Of a stretch of 64,000 nt of DNA, positions 14,601 through 25,446 are shown piece after piece. The stretch is from Selaginella moellendorffii (taxonomy: Eukaryota; Plantae; Lycopodiophyta). Numbering within the stretch: the stretch's first letter is position 1; the number at the start of each line of letters is the position of its first letter. The stretch spans positions 7,847 to 71,846 of the forward strand of contig NW_003314378.1 in the NCBI RefSeq assembly GCF_000143415.4, written 5' to 3'. Below the pieces are notes generated by a model. That model was not told the DNA's origin. It made no database searches and saw nothing but the letters and a program-made list of their open reading frames with translations. The translations under genes were made by a program, and so were the position numbers.

Positions 14601-14737
14601 AAGAACAACTCGACCGGCAGCCAATTTTCCTTAGCAAACTCTTCGCTGTCAATGGTAAAATGCTCGGAGCTTCAGAGGATTGCGGCCTGGACCAGACCTG
14701 CAGAGACCTGCATAGTGGGGCCAAAGGTGATCTATGA
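11654..14737 (+). pseudogene. LINE ORF2: APE endonuclease + reverse transcriptase, several premature stops
   Basis: LLWNVGG, FLCFQE, WILAGDFN, FSDHHPI (endonuclease). KMPGEDGMP, KNWRPISMLN, LDFEKAYDRV, VHQGCPLAPYLF, AFADD, RYLGFQV (RT). Confidence 0.92.
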
Positions 14738-14926
14738 GGCAATGGCTAATGCAAAAATTCAATGAGAATAACAAGTTTGGATTAAAATCTCTAACTTAAA
14801 AAGTTAGTGAAACTCCCAAAAAAGTGCCTGAAGAGCGAGCATGAAGCAATTGGTAAGTAGTCTCAAGAAAGAGACAAAAGAATGACTTACATCTTGTGAC
14901 ACATGGAAGTGTCAAGATTGGGCCCG

Positions 14927-15070
14927 AGACTTCTAGTGTGAATGTTTCATCACTTTCCTACAGATCTGGGGCTCCAAACTATTGATGAAGGCCAACCCTA
15001 GAAGCTGCTCATTGGGATGATCTCTACCATGAAAGCTTTCCAAGTGTTATTGAATCTCACTATATAGTCT
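14927..15070 (+). repeat. 144-bp direct repeat (second copy 16020-16163)
   Basis: AGACTTCTAGTGTGAATG...CACTRTATAGTCT occurs twice with a few substitutions. Confidence 0.85.
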
Positions 15071-15094
15071 GTATAGTCACTATATAGGGGGGAG

Positions 15095-15278
15095 ATATGA
15101 AAGTGCACAAGAAGAAACCAAGGGAAAGCGGTGTACCTCCATGGGGTACATCTAAGGTTTCAAGAAACACTTATGGTTAGAGGGTCTGCCCTCTAACCAT
15201 GAGTGTTTCTTGAAACCTTAGAGGTACCCCATGGAGGTACACCACTCTCCCTTGGTTTTTTCTTGTGCACTTTCATAT
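15095..15278. repeat. Near-perfect 184-bp fold-back (90-bp arms, 4-nt loop); MITE-like or hairpin RNA
   Basis: ATATGAAAGTGCACAAGAAG...GTTAGAGGG-TCTG-CCCTCTAAC...TTCTTGTGCACTTTCATAT, only a few mismatches. Confidence 0.9.
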
Positions 15279-15296
15279 AGATAGTGCATGGCATGC

Positions 15297-15458
15297 TGTA
15301 GCACATATTATTTCTCTCCCCTTAAGCCAATTGAAAAAGGGGTAATTGCTTGATGAGAGAGCCCTTAGTGGCTATTTTATCCCCATCTATCCCCCAAGGT
15401 TCCAAAGATTCACAGTGACAGTATATCCAAATCTCATCCTATGATCACATGTGTTACA
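15297..15458 (-). mobile_element. Solo LTR of TRIM family A
   Basis: Reverse complement of the 9046/58446 LTR, with TG...CA ends and 5-bp TSD CATGC at 15292-15296 and 15459-15463. Confidence 0.9.
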
Positions 15459-16859
15459 CATGCCATTTGAGGGGATCAAAAGAGGCAAGTACTCACGAAT
15501 GATTGTGGATGCCAATGGACAGATGGTTCTAGATTCCATAATTGCAACAACATAGGCCATCAAGCTTGTGAGCAACTCCCCTCTCAAGACTAACCCCTTG
15601 GCACCCAGAGTTTCTCCTTTTAGGGATCAAGAGAGACAAGTTCTTTAGTAACTCCACTCTCAAGTCGCAAAGATTGATTCTTTGGTACTTGGAGCTTCTC
15701 CCATCATCTTTTTGCTAGCTTTCACTCAAGACCATGGCTTGAGCTAGAAGGCTGCAACTACAAGTACCTCCATGCGAAGACCCTTTTTTTGCTCTTTGTT
15801 GGTTTTGTGCATAACAAAACTTCTTGTTGCAGCTCTTTGCTGGTTTCATGCCTTAACGAAACTCAGCCCAGAGTTGGTTTCCTGGTGAATAAAACCCTTG
15901 TTTAACAAAATCTGATTCCAACAGACCCTTGTTCTCATGTCTTATCTCCTCAAAGCTCACATAGTTGTTGTCTCCAAATTTGCCTTGAAGTTGTCGCTCT
16001 ACACATGCCTCATGCTCAAAGACTTCTAGTGTGAATGTTTCATCACTTTCCTGCAGATCTGGGGCTCCAAACTATTGATGAAGACCAACACTAGAAGCTG
16101 CTCATTAGGATGATCTCTACCATGAAAGCTTTCCAAGTGTTATTGAATCTCACTGTATAGTCTTCATCCTCCAATTGCTGCAATCAGAATAACTGCTCCA
16201 AGGCCCTTCATAAATGACACCTTTAGTGTGTTGAAATTTGCCACCTCTCTTGGCAGAAGACTCTTCACCCAGGCCTAAGCTCTCCTGTGCACAGCTAGTG
16301 AGTAACATTTGCCTAGACCACTACTTTTGGTGCTGTGGACAATAAGAAAGAACAAACAGTCTAGAGTGCATAAAATAGCCTATGGAAGTTACTTGTTGGT
16401 TAAGCACCAGAGAATGTATTTCACAAGAATTTTATAATCTCAATGGAGTAGAGAGTTCTTACTTGGAAAGGGTAAAATGTTATAGTGGTGACACCATTCC
16501 CCACTATTTGTGTTGATGTGCAATGGCTAAACAATTAATATTTTCAGTGCTATACAAATGCCTCAATCTAAATAAGTGTTTGGCCTCATTAGATGCTATG
16601 TTTAATATTTGAATATGCTAAGAAGTATACTAGAATATACATTTAAAGACAAACCACTGAAATAATAACTAATTTGCTATGTGCTGCATGCAATAACACT
16701 TAGTTTTCTTAATAGTAGTGTTAACCCTCTTAACCAAATGGAAATTTATACTATAAACATATTTATAATTTAGAAATACAAGAATAATTTTATTGAATAT
16801 CAACAAACTAATAAGTCTTATATTAATATTACAACAGAAAATTGAAGCCCTTTGCATAA

Positions 16860-17160
16860 TCATGCATCATGTGAGAATTTAGAGTTTGAGTAGATTATTG
16901 AAGCAGTGAGTTTAAGCTTTCTTATAGTTGGACATACTCATGAAGATGTAGATGGACTCTTCAGCCATATGTTGGAATCACTTCAATGGGCAAGTTATTT
17001 CATTGTTCCACACTGATGAGATTTCAAAAATGCATTTCACAAAAAGCATATTAGCTTTATAACTAAGGTTGCAGATTTCAAAGTGCTCTCTCAAAAATGA
17101 TTTTTGTAAAAAGGGTAGTTACATTCTTATTAGCTACTAAAAGCCTTTAGAGTTTCATGT
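16860..17160 (+). pseudogene. Highly decayed Sola-like transposase remnant
   Basis: LSFLIVGHTHEDVDGLFSHMLESL at ~16913-16985 matches the motif in 62725-63954. Confidence 0.6.
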
Positions 17161-18922
17161 TAGCAAGATAAAACTCTAGTCATGCTTAATGTGGCTTTTA
17201 GTTATATCCAAGGTTTTCCATGCCAGCCTAACAATAATAATATTATTGGTAGTATTTCTAAAGTTTTGGATGAAGGACATCCCAACATATCCATTGATTA
17301 AGAATAACTATACAAAAAGGTGATGATCAGTAATTTTAAATCTTAAGAAGTCCCATGATCAATTATGTGAAGGTTTTGGACTTTTTCCATTGGTACAAAC
17401 TCCAGTGGATGATTCAGATTTAATGCCTATATTATAAACAATATTGAACTCGAAGTAGATATGTTTATTAAGGATAATCAAAGTTCAACAAGTTCCACCT
17501 ACCTTAATATGAATGATTTATATTAGTGATTAATATTAAGCACTTATTACAAATGATTTAGAGGAAGTTTAAATGTGGAAAATTACAGCTGTTAGATTAG
17601 GGAATATCCTAGAATATACTTTAATATTCTAGGTATATTCTTTACACTCTCTCATTTTCTAAAGAAAATATACATTTAATATTTATGTATGGCTATAATA
17701 CCATATACTAGTTCTAGAATAGTAGACATTATAGATGACACAATGTTGTTAGTGTCATACAAATATAGATGATGATTTTAAAGGACGGCATTACAATAAT
17801 ACACTAGTTTGAGTGCAATTATTTGTGTGGATTGGAGCCTTTTTTGAACATTTTCAAGTGTGTATTTGGATATGTTGACAATTATAGTGCTACTTTTTAG
17901 CAATTGTATCATCTCTATCAAGGGCTATCTAAGTCAGCTATGCAATTTCATGTTTGCTTCTGGAGCATTTTGCTTTATATAGAACCAAATATGTCAGATT
18001 GGATCACATGATATTGAGCTTGGTCTTTTAATATTTGCTAAATAATAGTTTATCATGTCTACTAAGACACCCTCTCTATTATGCCTAGTGGATTCTTTCT
18101 TTGATGATGATTATGCATCTCTTTATTGATGGAATGATTGATGATGTTTCATGATAATTAGTTATTCTCTTTGATGGCTTTTGGCTTTTCTCATTACCAT
18201 ATGTTTTTTGTAGTTTGCTCTAGATTAATTTCTTAGGTTTGAGATATAAGTTGAATGTTGTTTACACTTGTTTAACAAACTTGAGTTCCTTAGTATAGTT
18301 AACTGAGATCTATTCGGATTGGCTGGTATAATGGTTGGCATGAATGAGTATTTGTTTAATTTGCAATATTCATTCTATTTTATTGATTGTTACTACAGTT
18401 AGTTTTAATAGATTTAAATGTTATTTTTTTAAGTGATATATTTATGAGCATTTTGCTTGTCAGTCAATAATATTTGATGTTCTTTGAGCTATCTTTCTTA
18501 AGTTGTTTGATGTGCTATCTACAATCTTTCATAGTTAAACTTTCTTATTGAGTTTTCTTGATAATAAACTTACTATTAAATTTTGTTGATTGGTTAATCC
18601 TATAACTTTAACCTTTTATGATCTTAGTGGTTCCTATACTCTATTTTATACTAGTTTATCAAATGATAACTGCATAAGACTACTTTTGTGTTCTAATCTA
18701 GGATCTATTGAGGAATCTATTTTTTGTATGCCACTTTCATTTGTGTTGGGACCGATTGATCAAGCATTTCATTCTCATGAGCTTACTGATGCATCATAAC
18801 ATAGGAAGCATCTAACGAAGTCACTATATCCACCTGACTATCCAATAAAGGTCGAGAGCCATGATTCACCTCTACAAACTCCACAACATATCAAAACTTG
18901 TTGTAGATCATTTTCATACTAT

Positions 18923-19429
18923 CACCTTTTGAGAGGGTTGATGCCCGAGCACCCTCATCTCGATGCTGCGAAGTTCTATGAGAAGGTTTATTCTGCTCTT
19001 TTTTGTCTTTTTTCTTGATGTGATGAGAAGTTTTTTTATGTTTGTTACAGGTGAATCAAGATCTCACCCAAACCGATCTCCGTGATACAATAAGGAACCC
19101 GGAAATAGCTCACAGATTTAAGCACCCACAATAGAAATTAGAAAATAATTTCCATAAAGTGGTGATACTTCTGATAGAAACTTCAGGCTTGAATTGTAAT
19201 TTGCCAAAAACTCTGCTGGAAGTAGAAGGTATGTAGCTTGGGATCTGCTAAGAAAGACCAACTCAAGGATATCAATTTCAGGATACTGTCAATCACAAGC
19301 GACCATCCCCGCTGTGGGCTGAAATTGATATGCTTGAGTTGGTCTTTCTTAGCAAAACCCAAGCTACATACCTTCTACTTCTGATAGAAACTTCAGGCTT
19401 GAATTGTAATTTGCCAAAAACTCTGCTGG
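18923..19429. repeat. Patchwork of locally templated fragments plus a COG2-derived 63-bp inverted repeat
   Basis: 18923-19098 = 23823-23999; ~19112-19162 resembles ~26155-26203; 19167-19219 = 19377-19429; 19219-19281 is inverted relative to 19319-19381. Confidence 0.85.
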
Positions 19430-20390
19430 TTTCCCAGGTCAAAGTGTGTCAGGCTTGCCTGCCACTATCACTGAGCGCACTTCTTTAAGAATGGAGTTTC
19501 CAAGAAAATTGAACACATTAAGTCCAGAGTTTTCTGAAAAGAAACAAGACCATAAGAAAACGAGTGAAAAAAGAAAAAGGCATTTGGAAAGCTTACCAGA
19601 TGCTACGATATCCAACATGAATTTACAATCTTGAGCAATATGCACCTCAACCTGTTTATAGTCTTCCTCTGGCTTGTCTGCAGCTCCTCCACCCACCAAG
19701 TCTTTGGAAGAATTCCCAGGAAAAATCCTGGAGACACACAATTGTGATACGAAAAGCCTCTTCAGCTCCAGCAGTGTCGTCAATAGCCACATAAGCACGT
19801 AGACACGCCTTTCCAGCCTTTCTCGTCACGCCTTTCCAGCCTCGTTTTAATACACTTCTCCAAGTTTTCTCTCAAGGAGGCATTGGCATTCTGGATCCTC
19901 TTTTCTATGGTTTTGATAAACGGTGACAAGAAAGATAAGTGTCACCTTTTCTGAAAAATAGAACTTCACCTGGACGTGGGCAACATAGAACTTTAGACAA
20001 TTCATCTCACTCGCAATTCGCTCCAACAATCAACTCCTCAGGTCGTCACCACTGTTGTCGACTGGATCCAGAGATCCTTCACTGCCACTCACTAGATTTC
20101 TATTGGAAATTCTATTTTCCTTGAGCTCCAGCAAGAGCTTCTCGATCTGCAAGCAAGCTAGGAGTTGACACCATCGCGCATGGTGACGAGCTTACCTTGC
20201 AGCTCTTGCAATGGTGTGAGCATCCGGAGCACAGCACTGTCCACATCCATGAGCTGTGTGCTGAGGCGCACGAAATCGTTGTAATCCCTGTTGATGAGAT
20301 CGACGAGCTCGTTCTTGAGCACTGCAAGGTGACTGTGCAGCTCGCCATGCAGCGCCTCGAGCAGCATGAAGCTGTGCAGGCTAGTCAAAA
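19370..20390 (-). pseudogene. COG2: Conserved oligomeric Golgi complex subunit 2 gene fragment (intron-containing, frameshifted, truncated)
   Basis: LHGELHSHLAVLKNELVDLINRDYNDFVRLSTQLMDVDSAVLRM, LERIASEMNCLKFYVAH, CLRAYVAID, EEDYKQ...DCKFML, SGLNVFNFLGNSILKEV and PGKPAEFLANY match plant COG2 N-terminal half (recalled, not searched). Confidence 0.85.
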
Positions 20391-20459
20391 CCCTGAAAAA
20401 TAAAACTCGAGTTTGTGTGTAAACAGAGCACACTAAAATAAACAAATTTGTGAGCTTCG

Positions 20460-21560
20460 AAGTGGATTTGTTTAAGTCTACTACATAAGTAGTGAGAATG
20501 TTTCTAAGCTCTGTAGCAGCAACATGAGGCTCCGGTCACCAGCCTTGTGGTTGATTAGTCATTGGCTCAGGCTCAATGTCTATTTCTCCTATGTTGGAGT
20601 TGCAATAACATAATTGTTTTGAGGAAGAGTTCATTCTACAGAAAAGCTCAATCAGGTGGGATTCTTAATGGACCAGCAGTCTCAAAAGGCCAATAGTACA
20701 TCATCAAAGACTTAGGATACTACAAGCTTCTGTGGTTGGTTATACCATTTCCAAGTGCAAATGGAATTGAATTGAGAGAAGCATTTAACTTTTACTTGTT
20801 GTTTTTGAGGATGGTATGTGAGAAAAGTTTCAGATTGCTTAAAGGTCATTGGAGGATGTTTAGGAAGCTAGTTGAAGTTGAGACCATCACTCAGCTAACA
20901 GTTGCCATAAAAACAGCTTGCATTTTGCATAACTTCATTATTGGTATAGGTGAGGATCTCCAACTCGAATATCTAGAGACCTTGCTTCACTATTCATGAT
21001 TTCTTGCATGACAATTGAGTAATCCTTGTCGTTGTTGTAATAATCATTTGCAAAAGCATTTCTAGGAAGCTCAACTTTGAAATGCGTGTAGTCAATTGCA
21101 CCACAGCAATTTGGGAAGCCATGAAGACTCTTGAAACTTATTTTTACTGCTGATAGATCTACTGGCCACACAAGAAATTGTCTTAAATGCTGGAATAGGA
21201 AACTTCTGACAATACTTTTGGACAGTTACTTTAGAAACACTGAAATGCTCTACTAAACTAGCAAAAGATAAAGCAATGGCAACTTGCTTACCAACATGAA
21301 CATATCTAGATTGAATGTTTCTCAAACTTAGAGGTGGTGCTATTTGCATTGATGGAGTAACAAATTCATAGATTGTCATGAACTACTCCTTAAAAACTCT
21401 GAAGAACTCTCTCCACCTTGTTGGATTTTGCATTTCAAACTTGTCCACCCAATGACAAGACCTTGGTTTGATATAGAAATCTCCCTCTTGAAATAAGTTC
21501 AATTGCAACGAATTCCCAACTACTGCCAAGCACATGTGATAATACACTAGCACTGATTGT
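20460..21560 (-). pseudogene. PIF/Harbinger (DDE_Tnp_4) transposase remnant with internal inversion 20593-20964
   Basis: Minus strand GFPNCCGAIDYTHFKV...DYSIVMQ. Plus strand VLRKSSFY...GYYKLLWLVIPF...EKSFRLLKGHWR...ACILHNF. Confidence 0.8.
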
Positions 21561-21804
21561 TGTTGAAGAGCAACTTCAAGCCTCTCATCCTCAAGATATT
21601 TTCTAAGACACTAGATCTTTTATAAGCAACAACCAACTGTTCATCCCATATGAACCCTAATAATGTAGCATTAATCAATGACAAATCAGCATTGACTTAA
21701 CTTGATTTTAAAATATTCTAGAATAATCTAACATAGATGATGGTTACATGTACCGTCATTTTATCACCGTCAGCAGACTGTGACAGTCACATGTGCAGCA
21801 TCTA

Positions 21805-21830
21805 TAAAGCCATTAAAGATTGGCCTTTAG
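21805..21830 (+). repeat. Left arm of inverted repeat flanking the NTPase-nuclease gene
   Basis: CATTAAAGATTGGCCTTTAG (21811-21830) is the exact reverse complement of 25422-25441 and extends outward to TAAAG with a 1-nt indel. Confidence 0.85.
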
Positions 21831-21963
21831 TCGGGGGCGGAAAGTTTGTTTTTAAGGCGGGGGGAGAAATTTCCAGGTAATAAAAGGGTGAAAAAACGGC
21901 CCCCAAAAGCACCAAAGGATTATACCCAGACAACGGTGGCTAGGGTTAACAGGATCTGAGACT

Positions 21964-24900
21964 ATGGAGGAGATTGTAGAGTTCATCGAAGACATAGATG
22001 GAGCAGAAGGTTGCGAGTTCTATCTTAACGATGGTAGAGTGGCAGTAAATGATGTTCTCCAGGAGTTCTTGGCTGTTTCTATCATTGTGAAGCTCAATGG
22101 GCAAGGCAGGGTCAGGTGGAGACGTCTACAGGCAGGGGAAGACGGCCTGAGCAGGTCTACGTATCTGCCTGGATCTTCTCATACTATTCGGGCAACGAGG
22201 GCTCCTACACGTAAGTAGCGTTGCCTGGATCTGCCTCCCTGGTGAGCTTTGTGGTCTTTGAATCTGAGTAAGGATGTGTTCTTCCTGGGCTGTGCTCCTC
22301 TTGAGTTATTTAGGAGTCTGCTTTGCTCGTTTCGCCCTTTGCCGGCTGGTTGTTTTGCCTCAGGAGTATGGTGCTATTCAGCCTGCTTGTTCCCTGGCTA
22401 TGGCCGAGTACTGACAAGTTTATATTTCTGTTTCAGCGACCCTGCCGATAACCCTTCAAGCTGCGCCAGGTAAGCACTTACTGAGCAAAACCACGTCTTG
22501 GCTGGAACTTGGCGTTTTCTTGTCGTGGTGCTAGTGCGGCTATAGGGTGTCCGGGCTGCTGATGGTCTTTTTTTTGGCTCTGTAGCTTGTAGAACGTTTT
22601 GCCTGGATTTTCGGCATTGTGGCTCTCATATGCTTTTCAGCTTAATGTGTTGCTTTTCTGTTTAATGTGTCTATCGGTTTGCTTCTGCTCGTCTCACTTT
22701 TTTTTTGCTTTTTGGCGTCTTTTACTTTTGCTTCTACTACTGGCAAGTTTGTGTTGTAGTGTCGAGGTTGCTGGATGTATACACAAAACAACTGGAGGAT
22801 GCAAGGTTTTTTCACGGGATGCCGGCGAGGAGGGTGCCAGGCTGCAAGGTGCCGCTTCTGGACAACGGTGGGCAGCCGTGTTTACATACGGACTTGGGAG
22901 ATTATTTTACTTTGGTCGGAAGGGAGGAGATGATTCAGCATCTTATGGCTGCCACTGCACGGGTCTTTGCAACTTTCATGAACAAGACGGCCAGTGCCTC
23001 AGATATTGAACGAAAAGAGTTCTTGTTGATGGTCATCGGATTTCCCGGAGCAGGTAAAACAACTGTCGGGACATGTCTCTCAGCTCTTTTCAGAGAAGCG
23101 TGGGAGAGGGACACAAAAACAGGGACTATAGATGCCATTCTCGGCGACCAGCTAGGTTACAGTGGGCTTGCCACTCAGTTCAAGGAAGTGGTGAACAACG
23201 TGTTGGAGACTGGCAAAGATCTTAGTATGTACCATTCGGTTGAAACGACCATGGCGGGGGGTGCACTTCTGCTCGAGAACGGCCTGGAAGGCGCACAGGT
23301 TTTGGCCCTTCGGTCCTTGCATGCAGCACTTAGTCCAATGAATACGACTGCATATGGTGATTTTCTCAAGGAGTTGGATGACAAATTTCCGGGCCTGAGG
23401 AATGTGCTGACTTTCAGAGATGTGATCGACTTCATTCGAACTGGTCTTAAGGTTCCTGCCGACAAGCGAATTTTTCTATCTTGGTTTTTTGATGGAGGCC
23501 TCCGAGCTGCATCGTCCTGGATTCATGAAGCTTTCTCGGCCTATGTTCGACATATCAAAGGTAACCGAGGTGGCCTGACGTTTCCTGTACTTACAGTAGC
23601 AACGACCCGATTTTCTGGGGCCACAATGCGTTACACATCAACGGAGAAGGCAACAAGTATTTTTATACCTATTAGGCCTTTGAATGAGGAGGAGGTGGTA
23701 AATGTAACGACAATCTTCCTTTCAAGACTAGGAAATACTCTCGGCATGGAGAGACCATTTGAGTTGAAGGACGGACTAAGGAATCTGATAAAGTTAGCAG
23801 GAGGTAATCCTAGGATGCTTGATCACCTTTTGAGAGGGTTGATGCCCGAGCACCCTCATCTCGATGCTGCGAAGTTCTATGAGAAGGTTTATTCGGCTCT
23901 TTTTTGTCTTTTTTCTTGATGTGATGAGAAGTTTTTTTATGTTTGTTACAGGTGAATCAAGATCTCACCCAAACCGATCTCCGTGATACAATAAGGAACG
24001 CGTGGAGTACTATCAAACGCGGTTATTATTTTCACTACCTTGTGGACAAGAGGTATTTGTTGGTGCTACGAGCTCTTTATGTTGCGCTGCTGGGGACCCT
24101 GATCAGTCGGGACGAACTGGTCTGGCCAGGTAGCAGATACAAAGATAAGTGGGGATTTTTAGAGTCTTGCGGTTTAGTTGCACTCTTACGCAACGAGGTA
24201 CTTTTCTGATATTTCAGAAGTTCATGTGAGTGGTTATGTGGTGTTAATGTACAGGAGCCGTCACCCAATAAGCACATAAACTTATCGAAACAGGAAGACA
24301 CGAAGAATGGAATGCGCTCTTTTTCCGTCATGTTCTCTCCACTCCTTATTTACCATCTTGTCGAGAACCTACATGTGGCGGAGCTGAAACATTTATGGCC
24401 TCCTATACTGGATTCTAATCCCAAGGTTAAGGAGGTATCAGACCTTATGTGCATTGTCTTCATGATATACATGGGTAAGCTTTTTCATGATCGCGAGAAG
24501 AAGGACACGGTGTTTGAGTTCACACTCAAAGACATTCTCCCCTCAAATTTCCGCGTTCCTGCACGTATGCAGGCTTTGAAGTTCCAGTTGCCAGCTGGTG
24601 CAACGTTTGGACCTCCGAAACGTCAGCCCCATCAGATAGATACAGCAGACGTATTTCAGGCCTTTCTAAGAGAGGACAGGCAGCAGTTTTATTGGGTTGG
24701 CAACCATGGACCTGATAGCTTCATCCATCTGCAGCTGGTGGATCTTCAGAACAAGCTGCAGGACTTCTTTTTATTTATTGAGAGCAAACGCGCGGATGTT
24801 TATGAAGGACAGCAAGCCAAGTGGGAAGAAGACTTTCTGAAGAAGATATGGACGATGGAGCAATGGATGCCAGGTACTTAATTTTTCTTTGTGGATGGTT

Positions 24901-25291
24901 AAATGTGTCTTTTCAGATGGGAATTACGCCATGGTTTTTATGACCGATCAAGCAGTGTATAACGTGATTTCCAAAGTCAAAAGTTCCAACAGGATGGTTG
25001 TGCCAAAGGTTGATAAAGGTCAACACTTGTATCCACAGCAGAGTCCATTTGGTAAGTAATTGACTCTTTTTGTTATTCTTAGTTTTTATTGATCTATGTG
25101 TAGGTTTATTCAGTGCTGTGAGGCACACACCGATGCTAGCTGCTGCAAGTTTTGATCCGGACTACGAACCTAGTAATGAGGATAATGAGAGTGGTGATGA
25201 GGAAGATGACTGTGGTGATGAGGGTGATGAGGAAGATGACTCTGGTGATGAGGGTTGTGATGAGGATGATAATGAGTTTAGCCTACTCTAA
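21964..25291 (+). CDS. Crinkler/RHS-type (CR) protein: N-terminal header + STAND/AAA+-like P-loop NTPase + PD-(D/E)XK nuclease-like domain + acidic tail; 7 exons, ~864 aa
   Basis: Exons 21964-22210, 22437-22469, 22760-23886, 23952-24197, 24255-24873, 24917-25051 and 25104-25291 are all GT-AG and stay in frame (2595 nt). Walker A GFPGAGKTT, Walker B-like SWFFDG, sensor strand PVLTVATT, PLNEEE, GxP motif AGGNPR, wHTH-like LESCGLV, nuclease-like GPDSF...FIESK. Confidence 0.78.
25190..25272 (+). repeat. ~30-bp coding tandem repeat producing the D/E-rich tail (GDEEDDxGDE)
   Basis: GGTGATGAGGAAGATGACT(G/C)TGGTGATGAG repeated. Confidence 0.7.
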
Positions 25292-25421
25292 AAATTCCTG
25301 AATGAGAATCAAGAAAACTCTCTATGACTCCATACCTGATGCATAAAAGAGGGAAAATAACTGGAACTTGCCTAGTAGTGCTCATCCTGCTTTACAGGGG
25401 AAGCTTCCACTAAAATCCAAT

Positions 25422-25446
25422 CTAAAGGCCAATCTTTAATGCTTTA
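25422..25446 (-). repeat. Right arm of inverted repeat flanking the NTPase-nuclease gene
   Basis: CTAAAGGCCAATCTTTAATGCTTTA, ~130 bp after the stop codon. Confidence 0.85.

Larger units (their letters stand above)
10125..14737 (+). mobile_element. L1/Tx1-type LINE, degenerate, 3'-truncated (boundaries approximate)
   Basis: ORF1-like fragments followed by ORF2 with APE endonuclease and RT motifs. Confidence 0.9.
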
